Program-made: the position numbers and the translations under genes
Notes under the pieces: model-generated
Database searches by the model: none
What the model was told of the DNA's origin: nothing
What the model saw: only the letters and a program-made list of their open reading frames with translations
Shown here: positions 12,046-27,100 of the stretch, piece by piece
Layout of the letters: each line of letters opens with the position of its first letter
Position numbering within the stretch: the first letter of the stretch is position 1
NCBI GenBank assembly: GCA_039096225.1
Contig: JBBPEB010000014.1
Location: forward strand, 1,426,001-1,490,000
Direction: 5' to 3'
Source of the DNA: Blastocystis sp. Blastoise
Taxonomy: Eukaryota; Protista; Bigyra: Opalinata
Length of the DNA: 64,000 nt

Positions 12046-13712
12046 AAAACATATAATAAGAAAGTATTAATCTAATGATGTATAAAATGTTAATAAATAC
12101 TAAATATAACAAAAATTAAAAGAGGATGTTGACCAGGAATGATAACAAAAAGAGAAACATTGATAATAATACAGAGAACGAAGAATAAGAGACAAAGTCA
12201 ACGTGAGAATCATATAATGTGAAGTATATTAGAATTAGAATGCTTATTAGTATAATTTAATATTGATGCTTGATAAAGAAGAATATTATAATACACTGTT
12301 TAGGATGAATAAATATAAAATAAATTGATTAATGAGAATTCATTTTATTTTGGAATTAAAAACAAAATCGGTATTTAATATATTCTTAAACTTAGATAAT
12401 TTATATCGAAAAGGTATAATAGAAGAAACACATAAACGAAATTAAATGTTTATTTGAAAAAATCCCAAAAGCCACGAAATACATGAGATTGGGATTACTA
12501 ATTTTCAGTTAATAACTAAGGGTAAAGGAATTATATATAATAATAATTACATCGAAATTAATACATTATATATTCTACAGAATATATCAATAAGTGACCG
12601 AACGTACACATTAGCTGGTTCAAAAAGATAAAAAACGATATGATAATAATAAATAGGATGAAGAAGAATTATAAGAAACATCATATAGAAAAGAAAGCGA
12701 ACATGTAATTTCCACAAAAAAAAAATAATTGGAAGAATTATAAAGTCATGACATGTTGTTATAAAGAAAAAAAATAATTATTAGAGGAATAAGCCCAATA
12801 TTACTAAATAAACAAATGAAAATAAAAACTAAAATAAAAAGTAAAGGAGCTGAAACAGATAATATACATTAATATTTAGTAAAAAAGAATAATAGAAAAA
12901 CTAAAACAACTTAAAAGACAATCGATGGTGATGATAAAAAGTAACAAGATAGCTGAATATAAAAATAAAATAGTAAAAAATTCATAAAGTAGTTGATAGT
13001 AACATAAGAATAGCTACTGGTAGATAAGAAATGGAGAATCAATATAATAGAATGATAATATAATAGTAAACATATTATATATATGGAAACACTGAATAAT
13101 AGAGAAAGAGAAAGAGAAAGAGAAAGAGAGAGTACACAATCTATTATTTATATATAATAGAAATGAGGAGAGGAAGTCTAAAAAAAGTAGCAATGAAGAT
13201 TTTTAATAGGATCATATATAAAGGAGTATAAGGAATAAATATTAAATAGAAAAGATTTATTGGATAATAATATGGAAAAACTTCAATGGGAGAAAAAGAA
13301 GATGACGTTCACTGAATGATATAAACAAAATTATTATGGAAGAATGAAAACAAAGAGTGAACAAAAAAATATTGTTCATGTAAAAGAACTACATTACGAG
13401 TAATAGTAATAATATAGTTAAAACTTTGCTAATAAAAAAAAAAATAAAATTAAAAAACTAAAAATAGAATAAGAAAGAAAGTCTAGCAAAAAGAAATTCA
13501 TAGAATAATAAATGGAGGTAAAAATTACAAATACTTCATGAAAAGTTGGAGAAACGGTAATACAGAGCAATATAAGCATAATATTAGAGAAATGAAAGTA
13601 AGAAACAGTCAAAACTGATTAATGAGAATGTAATTGATGAAAAAATAATAGTATGAATGTATTTCGAAAATAATGATAAATAATATATATTAGACAGGAA
13701 AAAGACTGAAAA

Positions 13713-16700
13713 TTAATATCCTTAATTTAGTTCATGTAGCGTACGGTGTCTCACACACTTTCACATTTATTGACTTTGTTATTAACTTTTATAAAATAAA
13801 AATAACATCATAAAATCCGGAACACAATTCTAAAAATGACTGTTAAAGAAATTTTTCGAAAACTCTAAATTTCTGGCTAAAAAATGCAAAAAACCATTTT
13901 CGCACAAAATTTTAACCAAAATTATTGGATTATTTCTATTTTATCCAATATTTTTCATTTTTATAAAAACACTTATTTTTCGTTTTTTATTTTTTATTGT
14001 TTTCTTATTTTTTCTATATCTACTCACATTCTTTATATTTATTTTTATAAAATTGACTTTTATTGACGGGTTAGTCTAATGAATAGTTTTGACGGGTAAA
14101 TTTGTTTATATTAAGAACTTGACAACATATCAATACACACATCACTAACTATAAACTCTAAAAACATTTCATATGCAATGATACTGACCTCAACTACTCT
14201 AAAACGACAATAATTCCTTTAAATAACGACAAAAGACAAACTGATATCCGACACATTCCTTCTTTATAAACTTATTTGAGTTTATTCAAGTTATTTAGAA
14301 TCAATACATGTCATAAGTATATCTTTTAGTTGTTTAAAAAGTTTTAATAAGAAAATATTTGATAATAGAAATTTTGATGTTTTGATAGTATAGTTTGTTA
14401 TTCGTCTTTCTCCTTGAGTTTTGGGTATTTTTTAAAAATAAAAGTATAATTATAATTAAGATAAGCTATTGCAGATACATATTTTTTATTTTATCTAAAT
14501 ATTGAATATTGACTGAGAAACATTCATTTATATGAAAAACATAAAAATGAAAATTTTCAAAAAAGGGTATAGTTTGTTATTGTGATTTCTCAATCAATTC
14601 TTAATAAAATAAAAAAGTTAAAACATATTTAGAAACTAGACATGTCATAGCAGATACATATTTTTCAATTTTTTTAATTAATTGAAAACTCAGGTGACAA
14701 GAGTCAATAGTTGAACTCAATAAAAAATGACTTTCAAAAAATTTTCTTAAAAAGTTTTCATTTGTTTTTTGTTTATATTTTCATCATTAACAATTTTATT
14801 TGACATTTGACTTTATATTTAAAAACTACATACCAAAATAAACATATTTTACAATTTTATTTTGTTTTTAAAAGACTTTAACAACAGATCACCAGACAAT
14901 GTTAACTCAATAAACTCTTAAAACGTTTTAATATGTGTTTAGAACCACTCATAGACACTGTACGTGACTTATTTGAAAAAGTTAAGACAACATGTTGAAC
15001 TGATACAGACAATGTTTGCTTTAAAAAGTTAGTTATGAGTCTTTATGAGTTGTATATGTCATAAATAAGCTTTAAATAAATAAATATGCTTTTATTAGTC
15101 TTTAATTAGTGAAATAAATCGTTTAAAAAAAGAAAACATTTTTGATACTATAGTTTATTTTGACAATTTCTCCATCAATATTAATTTTTAAAAAATAAAT
15201 AAAACTTATATATAAACTAGACAACCTATAGCTTATAAATTTATAAAAATATTATCAAAATATAAAATAACTTTTGAGAAAAAAAATTATATATGCAAAA
15301 CATAAAAATTATTTTTTTTGAAAAAAGGGTATAGTTTATCGTTTTAATTTCTCAGTCAATATTTTATTATTTATTATAATTTTAACAAATAAATATAGAG
15401 AATAAAATATATTAACGATATAAATTTTAACATTTAAAATTAATTAAGAAATGAGTTCAGTAGAGTCAATAGTATAACATGTTAAAAAACTGAAAATTGA
15501 AAAATCGTTTTTCTAAAAATTTTCCGAAAGTTGACAAATCAAATTCATATTTGACAAATAATTTTTATATATTTGTAAACTAGACCTTATATGTATTGCA
15601 TTTCTCAAAAAATTAGTCAAAATTGGGTTAGACGAGTGAATATATATATAAACATGTTGACTCATAATTTTGAAAAAAGTAGTTAAATATGTCCTAAACC
15701 ACATATCAAAGCAATTCTATAAATATTATCACTTTATAATGAGTTTAAAGGGTAAAATAATTTTGAATTGTCTGTTTGACTGTCTTAAGTGAAGAGATTC
15801 AATACACTTTTTATAAAAATGAGTATTAGAGTGTTTAATGTTTATAATAATAAAAGAATTGTTTGAAATAAAGGTGGTTGTGTGTTTGACCAAAATGTTA
15901 AAATGAGTCTATTTTTCTAAAATGGTTACAATAAGTATATATTGAGTGTTTTATGAGTGTTTCATATTAAAATCTACAATAAATAAACATTTTGAGTTGT
16001 TCAAAAATTTGATTCTTTAGAATTACAATAGTTATGTCAAGAGATTCAAGTCACTTTTTATAATAATAATAAATAGACTTATTATAGAATATAAAATATT
16101 AAAAATTAGTTTAATTAAACATGGTTGACTGTTTGATAGGAGTGTTAAAATGGGTAAAAAGATTTTAATTGTTTCTAAAACAGTACAATACGTTTTTATG
16201 TCACTAAATACAAAATTATTATTGTTTAAAGAATGTTTTTTGTCTTTCAAAAGAACTCATTTTTTTGTAATTGTGACTTAAAACAAAAGAGATTCAAGTT
16301 ATTTTTTACAAATTAAAATAATAAATCAAATATATATGTATATGAATATAAAATTAGTTAAAATAAAAGTGAGTATATGTATTTAAAAACGTTACAGTCT
16401 TTTAGAGTTTTTTTATGATAACTTATTTGTTTTAGAAGCTATATTGTATGTATAATAGGTAAAGTTTCCAAAGTATTTAAATCTATTTAGTTATGAAATG
16501 AAATGTAATTTTTGTTTTATATTTTAGTTTTTATTTTTTATTTCTAGAATGATTTTGATAACACTATAAAAATTGAATTAAACTTGAATTAATTAATTTT
16601 AAATAATGAAAAGATAATTTCTCTATAAATATTCTCTTTTACTTAAAACGAATAGATTCTATTAATGATAAATATTAAAATAAGACTCTAATTTTTTTGT

Positions 16701-17836
16701 TTATTATATAAAGTAATAAATATCTTTTAATTATTAAGAGTACTTTTGTATTAATAATTCAAACTAAAATAAGTATAATAAAAGAAAAATTATAATATTT
16801 ATCAAATAATATCAAGATATGATTACTATTTATATAATTAAACATTTATTAATTGAGAAAAGCTGTATAATAAAATTTCTAAAATATTTATATAATAGTA
16901 TATATAAAAGGAAAGGATAAAATATAAAAAAACAAATAGATATCAAAATTATAATATTTTAAAAATAAAACAAAACAATATATGAAAAGAATATATAATG
17001 TTTTTTTTAGACAAGAGAATAAGCTATTTCTCACAATAATAATTATATAGACTAATTCAAATAAAACATAAATATTTAAAGGTAGGGTATAAGTGATAAT
17101 AATATGTTTTAAAAGAAAAAGTATTTTATAATCATATTGATATTATTTAAAATACTAAATATTTATAAAACTAAATGAATTGATAAAATACATAGAAAGT
17201 TATAAATGAAATAACAAAGAAAAGTGAATTAATATTGAAAACTAAAAACTAAATAGAAATAGAAATAGAAATAGAAATAGAAATAGAAATAGAAATAGAA
17301 ATAGAAATAGAAATAGAAATAGAAATAGAAATAGAAATAGAAATAGAAATAGAAATAGAAATAGAAATAGAAATAGAAATAGAAATAGAAATAGAAATAG
17401 AAATAGAAATAGAAATAGAAATAGAAATAAGATCAAAAATAAAACACAAGAGTTAATTAATTATCATTGATAAACAATAAATATATATAATCAATAATAA
17501 AAATGGCTAAAAAGAATATTAAAAAAAAAAAAGGAAATAATACTCAAAAACATATAGAATGTTAAGTAAGAATTATCAATATGTATGAATTAAATTATTT
17601 AAAATACTAAATTGAAAATTAAGATTAGAAGATAACAATTAAAAGCAATTGAAATAATATTTTATAAAATATGAAATAGTTTTAATCCTAAAAAAAAAAA
17701 ATAAAAACAGAAATGAATAACAAAAACATAAGAATAAATATTCATTTTTTAAAATTCAATGTAAGATATAACAATTGAGAGATAATAATTATCTAAACTC
17801 AAGCGTAGGCTGGCGTAGCCAGTCGTGAAACGCTTG
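13713..17836 (+). mobile_element. Non-autonomous Helitron-like element, copy 1 (4124 bp)
   Basis: 5' TTAATATCCTTAATTTAGTTCATGTAGCGTACGG. 3' hairpin GGCTGGC-GTA-GCCAGTC 12 nt before terminal CTTG. Flanks GAAAA^TATAT, no TSD, no TIR. Homologous to three other copies in the window. Confidence 0.85.
17252..17428. repeat. (TAGAAA)n hexamer array, ~29 units, within copy 1
   Basis: Direct reading. Confidence 0.95.
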
Positions 17837-20725
17837 TATATTATAAAAGAATAAATGAAAAAACATTATACAATAAATATCAAAAATGATAACTAAATGG
17901 CAACATATAATAAGTACTGGAAGAATATGATATATTCAATGTGTAATAAACACAAATGAACAAATAACTAAAAGTAGCAGGCAGGTATATATCATTATAA
18001 TGATATAATTATTAGATGAGAATTGTAAAGGTTTATATGAAATAGAATCTAATCATTTAAAATCATATATAAAAGTAAATAATAGCTGAAGAATAAAAAC
18101 ATTTAATATAAAGAAAGATGAATATTTTTGACTAAAAAGAGGAAGAAGAAATTACATAATGATAAATATTAGTTTTTGATAATATAAAAAGAAATAAGGA
18201 AGTCAAAAATTAAAAGAAATAAAGAATATCAATAATAATAATTGCCTAATAAAAATTTGTGATGAGTAATTAATGTATTTATGCATTAATAAGAATCATC
18301 AATTGAAGAAAGAAACGAATGTTATTGAGAAAAACATATTGTAGCCAAAGATATGTGATAATTAATAATAAAAATTCTAACAATTAATTGTATGAATAAT
18401 CTATATCAAAGAGGAGTATTATAATCTTAAATATTCACAAATGAAGATCAAAAGGAAAGAGAGGAATTGTCAAATAAATAACAGAATTGTATTTAAAAGA
18501 ACTATAAGAGAGAACCAATATTTATGATAAAGATTTAATTATACAATGAAAATAATTAAAATCAAAGAGTAAAGAATTAGTCAATAATTGGAATACATAT
18601 GATAAATAACTAGAAGAATTGAAGGAAGAAAGGAGATACATGAGATTGATACAAAAAAATTGAAAGATGATAGTAACCTTCTCATATATATAGGGAATAA
18701 ATAGTTTATTAAACATAATATAAGAAGAAATAGTGCATAAAAAGAGAAACGAAGTAGTAAAGAAAACTTGAATATCAAATCATTTCTTCTTCATATAAAA
18801 ATTTATGAGAAATAGAGAAAACCATATACAATAATAGTTTAACAATTTTGAAATCAGAAAAAGATCAAAATAATAAACCTATAAATAATAAAGCATTGTT
18901 TATATAAATATCAAGTATATATTATATAAATATTAAGAAAACATATATACGAATAAAAATGGGGCTTAAAAGACAATTCTCTTTAGTAAAAGACATAAAA
19001 ATAAGAAATACTGACTATAAAAAATTTATAGATTAAAACAATAGAATAATAAAGAATTCTAAAAAATAATAATAAGGAATTCTAAAAGAAAAATAGACAT
19101 AAGGACAAAATATGGAGATGTGTAAAAATAATATATTATAATATGATGATTAAGATATGTAAATTGTATAGAAAAGTATAAAAATATATAGAAAATAAGA
19201 TAATGAATGACTTGAAAGAGAAATGATCACTAATATATACTCAAACAGAAATCAAAATTGTGAGTTATTCCATTAAATATGACAAAGGGTCTACACTTAT
19301 TGGCTAGATGATTAACTATAAAGAAATGAGTAGAAGAAAATGAAATGAATTCATTAATACTTTATTACTTATAAAATATAAAATAATCATTGTATATGAT
19401 GTATATCAGACTGCATTCACTAAAAACAAGCAAACATTCAAATGAATCGCATAGTAAAAGATGTTTTACACTTTTAAAAAATGAACATAATAGTGATTTT
19501 TGTTCTATTTTCAGTAAGAAAAAAGGAATTTTTATGAAGAATATATAATGAGATAGATCTTGTGGTTTTAACTTGTTCTTGTAAATAGAATACAATAAAA
19601 TATCATGGGTATCATGAAGATACACTAAGTGTAATAAGATTTCTAATACTTTTATGTATTATAGATTCATTTTTCTAAAACAATTTTTAAATGCATTAAA
19701 TATGTTCGATAGAAGTTGTATAATGAAAATAAGCTGAATTACTCAATATCATTAATAAAAAGAAAGAAACATTTTTAACATTCCCAAGTGAACTCTTAAG
19801 ATATTGTTAAATTTGTTTATACTCTATCTTGCATGTCTAAGTATAGTATTGCTTGCTTTTGATATGACAAAAATTGATAAAAAGTATAAAAGAATTACAT
19901 GACAAGACTTTTTATATATGGTTTTTAAGCTATCAGTGATTTTTATCTTTATATAATTTATGTGTTATTAATTAATGAATATCGAAACTCAGTTAATAAT
20001 AAATTAGACTTTAAAACTTTGTTGAAAAGAGTTTCTATATATTTACTGAACAATAAATCTAATGTTTAATATATAACAGAGAATTATTATTATATTTAAT
20101 TTCTTTTAATTGATCACTATTACATTTTTATGTTATTCTTAGTTATTTATTATTATAGAAAAGATAAATAAATATAATAATTTTTGAAGTTCTTAAAATC
20201 ATTACTAACTAGAGTTTTTTTACCAATTGTTAGAAGAATGATTATAATAAGATGGTTGTTAGTATTCCGAAAATTATTTTTTACCACAATATCAGATACT
20301 CAAGTCATTTAATTGAATACAAGCGTTTCACGACTGGCTACGCCAGCCTACGCTTGAGTTTAGATAATTATTATCTCTCAATTGTTATATCTTACATTGA
20401 ATTTTAAAAAATGAATATTTATTCTTATGTTTTTGTTATTCATTTCTGTTTTTATTTTTTTTTTTAGGATTAAAACTATTTCATATTTTATAAAATATTA
20501 TTTCAATTGCTTTTAATTGTTATCTTCTAATCTTAATTTTCAATTTAGTATTTTAAATAATTTAATTCATACATATTGATAATTCTTACTTAACATTCTA
20601 TATGTTTTTGAGTATTATTTCCTTTTTTTTTTTAATATTCTTTTTAGCCATTTTTATTATTGATTATATATATTTATTGTTTATCAATGATAATTAATTA
20701 ACTCTTGTGTTTTATTTTTGATCTT

Positions 20726-20903
20726 ATTTCTATTTCTATTTCTATTTCTATTTCTATTTCTATTTCTATTTCTATTTCTATTTCTATTTCTATTTCTATT
20801 TCTATTTCTATTTCTATTTCTATTTCTATTTCTATTTCTATTTCTATTTCTATTTCTATTTCTATTTCTATTTCTATTTCTATTTCTATTTCTATTTCTA
20901 TTT
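20726..20903. repeat. (TTTCTA)n hexamer array, ~29 units, within copy 2
   Basis: Direct reading. Reverse complement of the copy 1 array. Confidence 0.95.
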
Positions 20904-23900
20904 AGTTTTTAGTTTTCAATATTAATTCACTTTTCTTTGTTATTTCATTTATAACTTTCTATGTATTTTATCAATTCATTTAGTTTTATAAATATTTAGT
21001 ATTTTAAATAATATCAATATGATTATAAAATACTTTTTCTTTTAAAACATATTATTATCACTTATACCCTACCTTTAAATATTTATGTTTTATTTGAATT
21101 AGTCTATATAATTATTATTGTGAGAAATAGCTTATTCTCTTGTCTAAAAAAAACATTATATATTCTTTTCATATATTGTTTTGTTTTATTTTTAAAATAT
21201 TATAATTTTGATATCTATTTGTTTTTTTATATTTTATCCTTTCCTTTTATATATACTATTATATAAATATTTTAGAAATTTTATTATACAGCTTTTCTCA
21301 ATTAATAAATGTTTAATTATATAAATAGTAATCATATCTTGATATTATTTGATAAATATTATAATTTTTCTTTTATTATACTTATTTTAGTTTGAATTAT
21401 TAATACAAAAGTACTCTTAATAATTAAAAGATATTTATTACTTTATATAATAAACAAAAAAATTAGAGTCTTATTTTAATATTTATCATTAATAGAATCT
21501 ATTCGTTTTAAGTAAAAGAGAATATTTATAGAGAAATTATCTTTTCATTATTTAAAATTAATTAATTCAAGTTTAATTCAATTTTTATAGTGTTATCAAA
21601 ATCATTCTAGAAATAAAAAATAAAAACTAAAATATAAAACAAAAATTACATTTCATTTCATAACTAAATAGATTTAAATACTTTGGAAACTTTACCTATT
21701 ATACATACAATATAGCTTCTAAAACAAATAAGTTATCATAAAAAAACTCTAAAAGACTGTAACGTTTTTAAATACATATACTCACTTTTATTTTAACTAA
21801 TTTTATATTCATATACATATATATTTGATTTATTATTTTAATTTGTAAAAAATAACTTGAATCTCTTTTGTTTTAAGTCACAATTACAAAAAATGAGTTC
21901 TTTTGAAAGACAAAAAACATTCTTTAAACAATAATAATTTTGTATTTAGTGACATAAAAACGTATTGTACTGTTTTAGAAACAATTAAAATCTTTTTACC
22001 CATTTTAACACTCCTATCAAACAGTCAACCATGTTTAATTAAACTAATTTTTAATATTTTATATTCTATAATAAGTCTATTTATTATTATTATAAAAAGT
22101 GACTTGAATCTCTTGACATAACTATTGTAATTCTAAAGAATCAAATTTTTGAACAACTCAAAATGTTTATTTATTGTAGATTTTAATATGAAACACTCAT
22201 AAAACACTCAATATATACTTATTGTAACCATTTTAGAAAAATAGACTCATTTTAACATTTTGGTCAAACACACAACCACCTTTATTTCAAACAATTCTTT
22301 TATTATTATAAACATTAAACACTCTAATACTCATTTTTATAAAAAGTGTATTGAATCTCTTCACTTAAGACAGTCAAACAGACAATTCAAAATTATTTTA
22401 CCCTTTAAACTCATTATAAAGTGATAATATTTATAGAATTGCTTTGATATGTGGTTTAGGACATATTTAACTACTTTTTTCAAAATTATGAGTCAACATG
22501 TGCATATACTCATTCACTCGTCTAACCCAATTTTGACTAATTTTTTGAGAAATGCAATACATATAAGGTCTAGTTTACAAATATATAAAAATTATTTGTC
22601 AAATATGAATTTGATTTGTCAACTTTCGGAAAATTTTTAGAAAAACGATTTTTCAATTTTCAGTTTTTTAACATGTTATACTATTGACTCTACTGAACTC
22701 ATTTCTTAATTAATTTTAAATGTTAAAATTTATATCGTTAATATATTTTATTCTCTATATTTATTTGTTAAAATTATAATAAATAATAAAATATTGACTG
22801 AGAAATTAAAACGATAAACTATACCCTTTTTTCAAAAAAAATAATTTTTATGTTTTGCATATATAATTTTTTTTCTCAAAAGTTATTTTATATTTTGATA
22901 ATATTTTTATAAATTTATAAGCTATAGGTTGTCTAGTTTATATATAAGTTTTATTTATTTTTTAAAAATTAATATTGATGGAGAAATTGTCAAAATAAAC
23001 TATAGTATCAAAAATGTTTTCTTTTTTTAAACGATTTATTTCACTAATTAAAGACTAATAAAAGCATATTTATTTATTTAAAGCTTATTTATGACATATA
23101 CAACTCATAAAGACTCATAACTAACTTTTTAAAGCAAACATTGTCTGTATCAGTTCAACATGTTGTCTTAACTTTTTCAAATAAGTCACGTACAGTGTCT
23201 ATGAGTGGTTCTAAACACATATTAAAACGTTTTAAGAGTTTATTGAGTTAACATTGTCTGGTGATCTGTTGTTAAAGTCTTTTAAAAACAAAATAAAATT
23301 GTAAAATATGTTTATTTTGGTATGTAGTTTTTAAATATAAAGTCAAATGTCAAATAAAATTGTTAATGATGAAAATATAAACAAAAAACAAATGAAAACT
23401 TTTTAAGAAAATTTTTTGAAAGTCATTTTTTATTGAGTTCAACTATTGACTCTTGTCACCTGAGTTTTCAATTAATTAAAAAAATTGAAAAATATGTATC
23501 TGCTATGACATGTCTAGTTTCTAAATATGTTTTAACTTTTTTATTTTATTAAGAATTGATTGAGAAATCACAATAACAAACTATACCCTTTTTTGAAAAT
23601 TTTCATTTTTATGTTTTTCATATAAATGAATGTTTCTCAGTCAATATTCAATATTTAGATAAAATAAAAAATATGTATCTGCAATAGCTTATCTTAATTA
23701 TAATTATACTTTTATTTTTAAAAAATACCCAAAACTCAAGGAGAAAGACGAATAACAAACTATACTATCAAAACATCAAAATTTCTATTATCAAATATTT
23801 TCTTATTAAAACTTTTTAAACAACTAAAAGATATACTTATGACATGTATTGATTCTAAATAACTTGAATAAACTCAAATAAGTTTATAAAGAAGGAATGT

Positions 23901-24111
23901 GTCGGATATCAGTTTGTCTTTTGTCGTTATTTAAAGGAATTATTGTCGTTTTAGAGTAGTTGAGGTCAGTATCATTGCATATGAAATGTTTTTAGAGTTT
24001 ATAGTTAGTGATGTGTATATTGATATGTTGTCAAGTTCTTAATATAAACAAATTTACCCGTCAAAACTATTCATTAGACTAACCCGTCAATAAAAGTCAA
24101 TTTTATAAAAA

Positions 24112-27100
24112 TTAATATCCTTAATTTAGTTCATGTAGCGTACGGTGTCTCACACACTTTCACTATTATTGACTTTGTTATTAACTTTTATAAAATAAAA
24201 ATTACATCATAAAATCCAGAACACAATTCTGAAAATGACTGTTAAAGAAATTTTTCAAAAACTCTAAATTTCTGGCTAAAAAACGGAAAAAACCATTTTC
24301 GCACAAAATTTTAACCAAAATTATTGGATTATTTTTATTTTATCCAATATTTTTCATTTTAATAAAAACACTTATTTTTCGTTTTTCATTTTTTATTGTT
24401 TTCTTATTTTTCCTATATCACTTCACATACTCTATATTTATTTTTATAAAATTGACTTTTATTGACGGGTTAGTCTTATAAATAGTTTTGACGGGTGAAT
24501 TAGTTTATATTTACAACTTGACAACATATCAATACACACATTACTAACTTTAAACTCTAAAATGGTTTCAGTTGTTATGATACTGACCTCAACTACTCTG
24601 AAACAACAATAATTCCTTTAAATAACAACAAAAGTCAAACTGATATCCGACACATTCCTTCTTTATAAACTTATTTGAGCTTTAATATATTTATTTAACT
24701 CTGTATCCGTCATAAATATGTTTTATATTTTAATAATATGTTTTAATAAGAAAATATTTGATAATAGAAATTTTGATGTTTTGATAGTATAGTTTGTTAT
24801 TCGTCTTTCTCCTTGAGTTTTGGGTATTTTTTAAAAATAAAAGTATAATTATAATTAAGATAAGCTATTGCAGATACATATTTTTTATTTTATCTAAATA
24901 TTTAATATTGACTGAGAAACATTCATTTATATGAAAAACATAAAAATGAAAATTTTCAAAAAAGGGTATAGTTTGTTATTGTGATTTCTCAATCAATTCT
25001 TAATAAAATAAAAAAGTTAGAACATATTTAGAAACTAGACATGTCATAGCAGATACATGTTTTTCATTTTTTTAATTAATTGAAAACTCAGGTGACAAGA
25101 GTCAATAGTTGAACTCAATAAAAAATGACTTTCAAAAAATTTTCTTAAAAAGTTTTCATTTGTTTTTTGTTTATATTTTCATCATTAACAATTTTATTTG
25201 ACATTTGACTTTATATTTAAAAACTACATATCAAAATAAACATATTTTACAATTTTATTTTGTTTTTAAAAGACTTTGACAACAGATCACCAGACAATGT
25301 TAACTCAATAAACTCTTAAAACGTTTTAATACGTGTTTAGAACCACTCATAGACACTGTACGTGACTTATTTGAAAAAGTTAAGACAACATGTTGAACTG
25401 ATACAGACAATGTTTGTCTTAAAAAGTTAGTTATGAGTCTTTATGAGTTGTATATGTCATAAATAAGCTTAAAATAAATAAATTTGTTTTTAATTGTCTT
25501 TAATTAGTGAAATAAGTCGTTTAAAAAGAAGAAAGCATTTTGGATACTATAGTTTATTTTGACAATTTCTCCATCAATATTAATTTAAATAAAATAAATA
25601 AATCTTATTTATAAACTAGACAACCTATAGTTTATATATTTATAAAAATATTATCAAAATATAAAATAACTTTTGAGAAAAAAAATTATATATGCAAAAC
25701 ATAAAAAAATTAATTTTTGAAAAAAGGGTATACTTTATAACATTAATTTCTCAGTCAATATTTAATTATTTTATATAATTTTAACAAATAAATATAGAGA
25801 ATAACACATATTAATAATAAAAATTTTAATATTTGAAATTAATAAAAAAATGAGTTCAGTAGAGTCAATAGTATAACATGTTAAAAAACTGAAAATTGAA
25901 AAATCATTTTTCTAAAAATTTTCTGAAAGTTGACAAATCAAATTCATATTTGACAATTAATTTTTACATATTTGTAAACTAGACCTTATATGTATTGCAT
26001 TTCTCAAAAAATTAGTCAAAAATAAGTTAGACGAGTGTATGATATATATAAACATGTTGACTCATAATTTTGAAAAAAGTAGTTAAATATGTCCTAAACC
26101 ACATATCAAAGCAATTCTATAAATATTATCACTTTATAATGAGTTTAAAGGGTAAAATAATTTTGAATTGTCTGTTTGACTGTCTTAAGTGAAGAGATTC
26201 AATACACTTTTTATAAAAATGAGTATTAGAGTGTTTAATGTTTATAATAATAAAAGAATTGTTTGAAATAAAGGTGGTTATGTGTTTGACCAAAATGTTA
26301 AAATGAGTCTATTTTTCTAAAATGGTTACAATAAGTATATATTGAGTGTTTTTGGAGTGTTTCATATTAAAATCTACAATAAATAAACATTTTAAGTTGT
26401 TCAAAAAATTATTTTTTTAGAATTACAATAGTTAAGTCAAGAGATTCAAGTCACTTTTTATAATAATAATAAATAGACTTATTATAGAATATAAAATATT
26501 AAAAATTAGTTTAATTAAACATGGTTGACTGTTTGATAGGAGTGTTAAAATGGGTAAAAAGATTTTAATTGTTTCTAAAACTGTATAATACGTTTTTATG
26601 TCACTAAATACAAAATTATTATTGTTTAAAGAATGTTTTTTGTCTTTCAAAAGAACTCATTTTTTGTAATTGTGACTTTAAACAAAAGAGATTCAAGTTA
26701 TTTTTTACAAATTAAAATAATAAATTAAATATATATGTATATTAATATAAAATTCGTTTTAATAAAAGTGGATATGTGTATTTAAAAACGTTAAAATCTT
26801 TTAGATTTTTTTAAAAATAACTTATTTGTTTTATAAACTATATTTTATGTATAATAGGTAAAGTTTCCAAAGTATTTAAATCTATTTAGTTATGAAATGA
26901 AATGTAATTTTTGTTTTATATTTTAGATTTTATTTCTTATTTCTAGAATGATTTTGATAACACTATAAAAATTGAATTAAATTTGAATTAATTAATTTTA
27001 AATAATGAAAAGATAATTTCTCTATAAATATTCTCTTTTACTTAAAACGAATAGATTCTATTAATGATAAATATTAAAATAAGACTCTAATTTTTTTGTT

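Larger units (their letters stand above)
12050..19400 (+). pseudogene. Possible heavily decayed non-LTR retroelement, split by Helitron-like copy 1
   Basis: Purine-skewed + strand with eroded RT-like peptides in the expected order: SKGAETDNI (~12840), KIHKVVDSN (~12980), REMKVRNSQ (~13586), YFENN (~13660). Many stops and frameshifts. Confidence 0.25.

Noticed and set aside
13713-24111. Single giant TIR transposon (Polinton or foldback) formed by copies 1 and 2
   Set aside because: Each arm has its own complete termini and occurs independently (copies 3 and 4). No TSD and no coding core.
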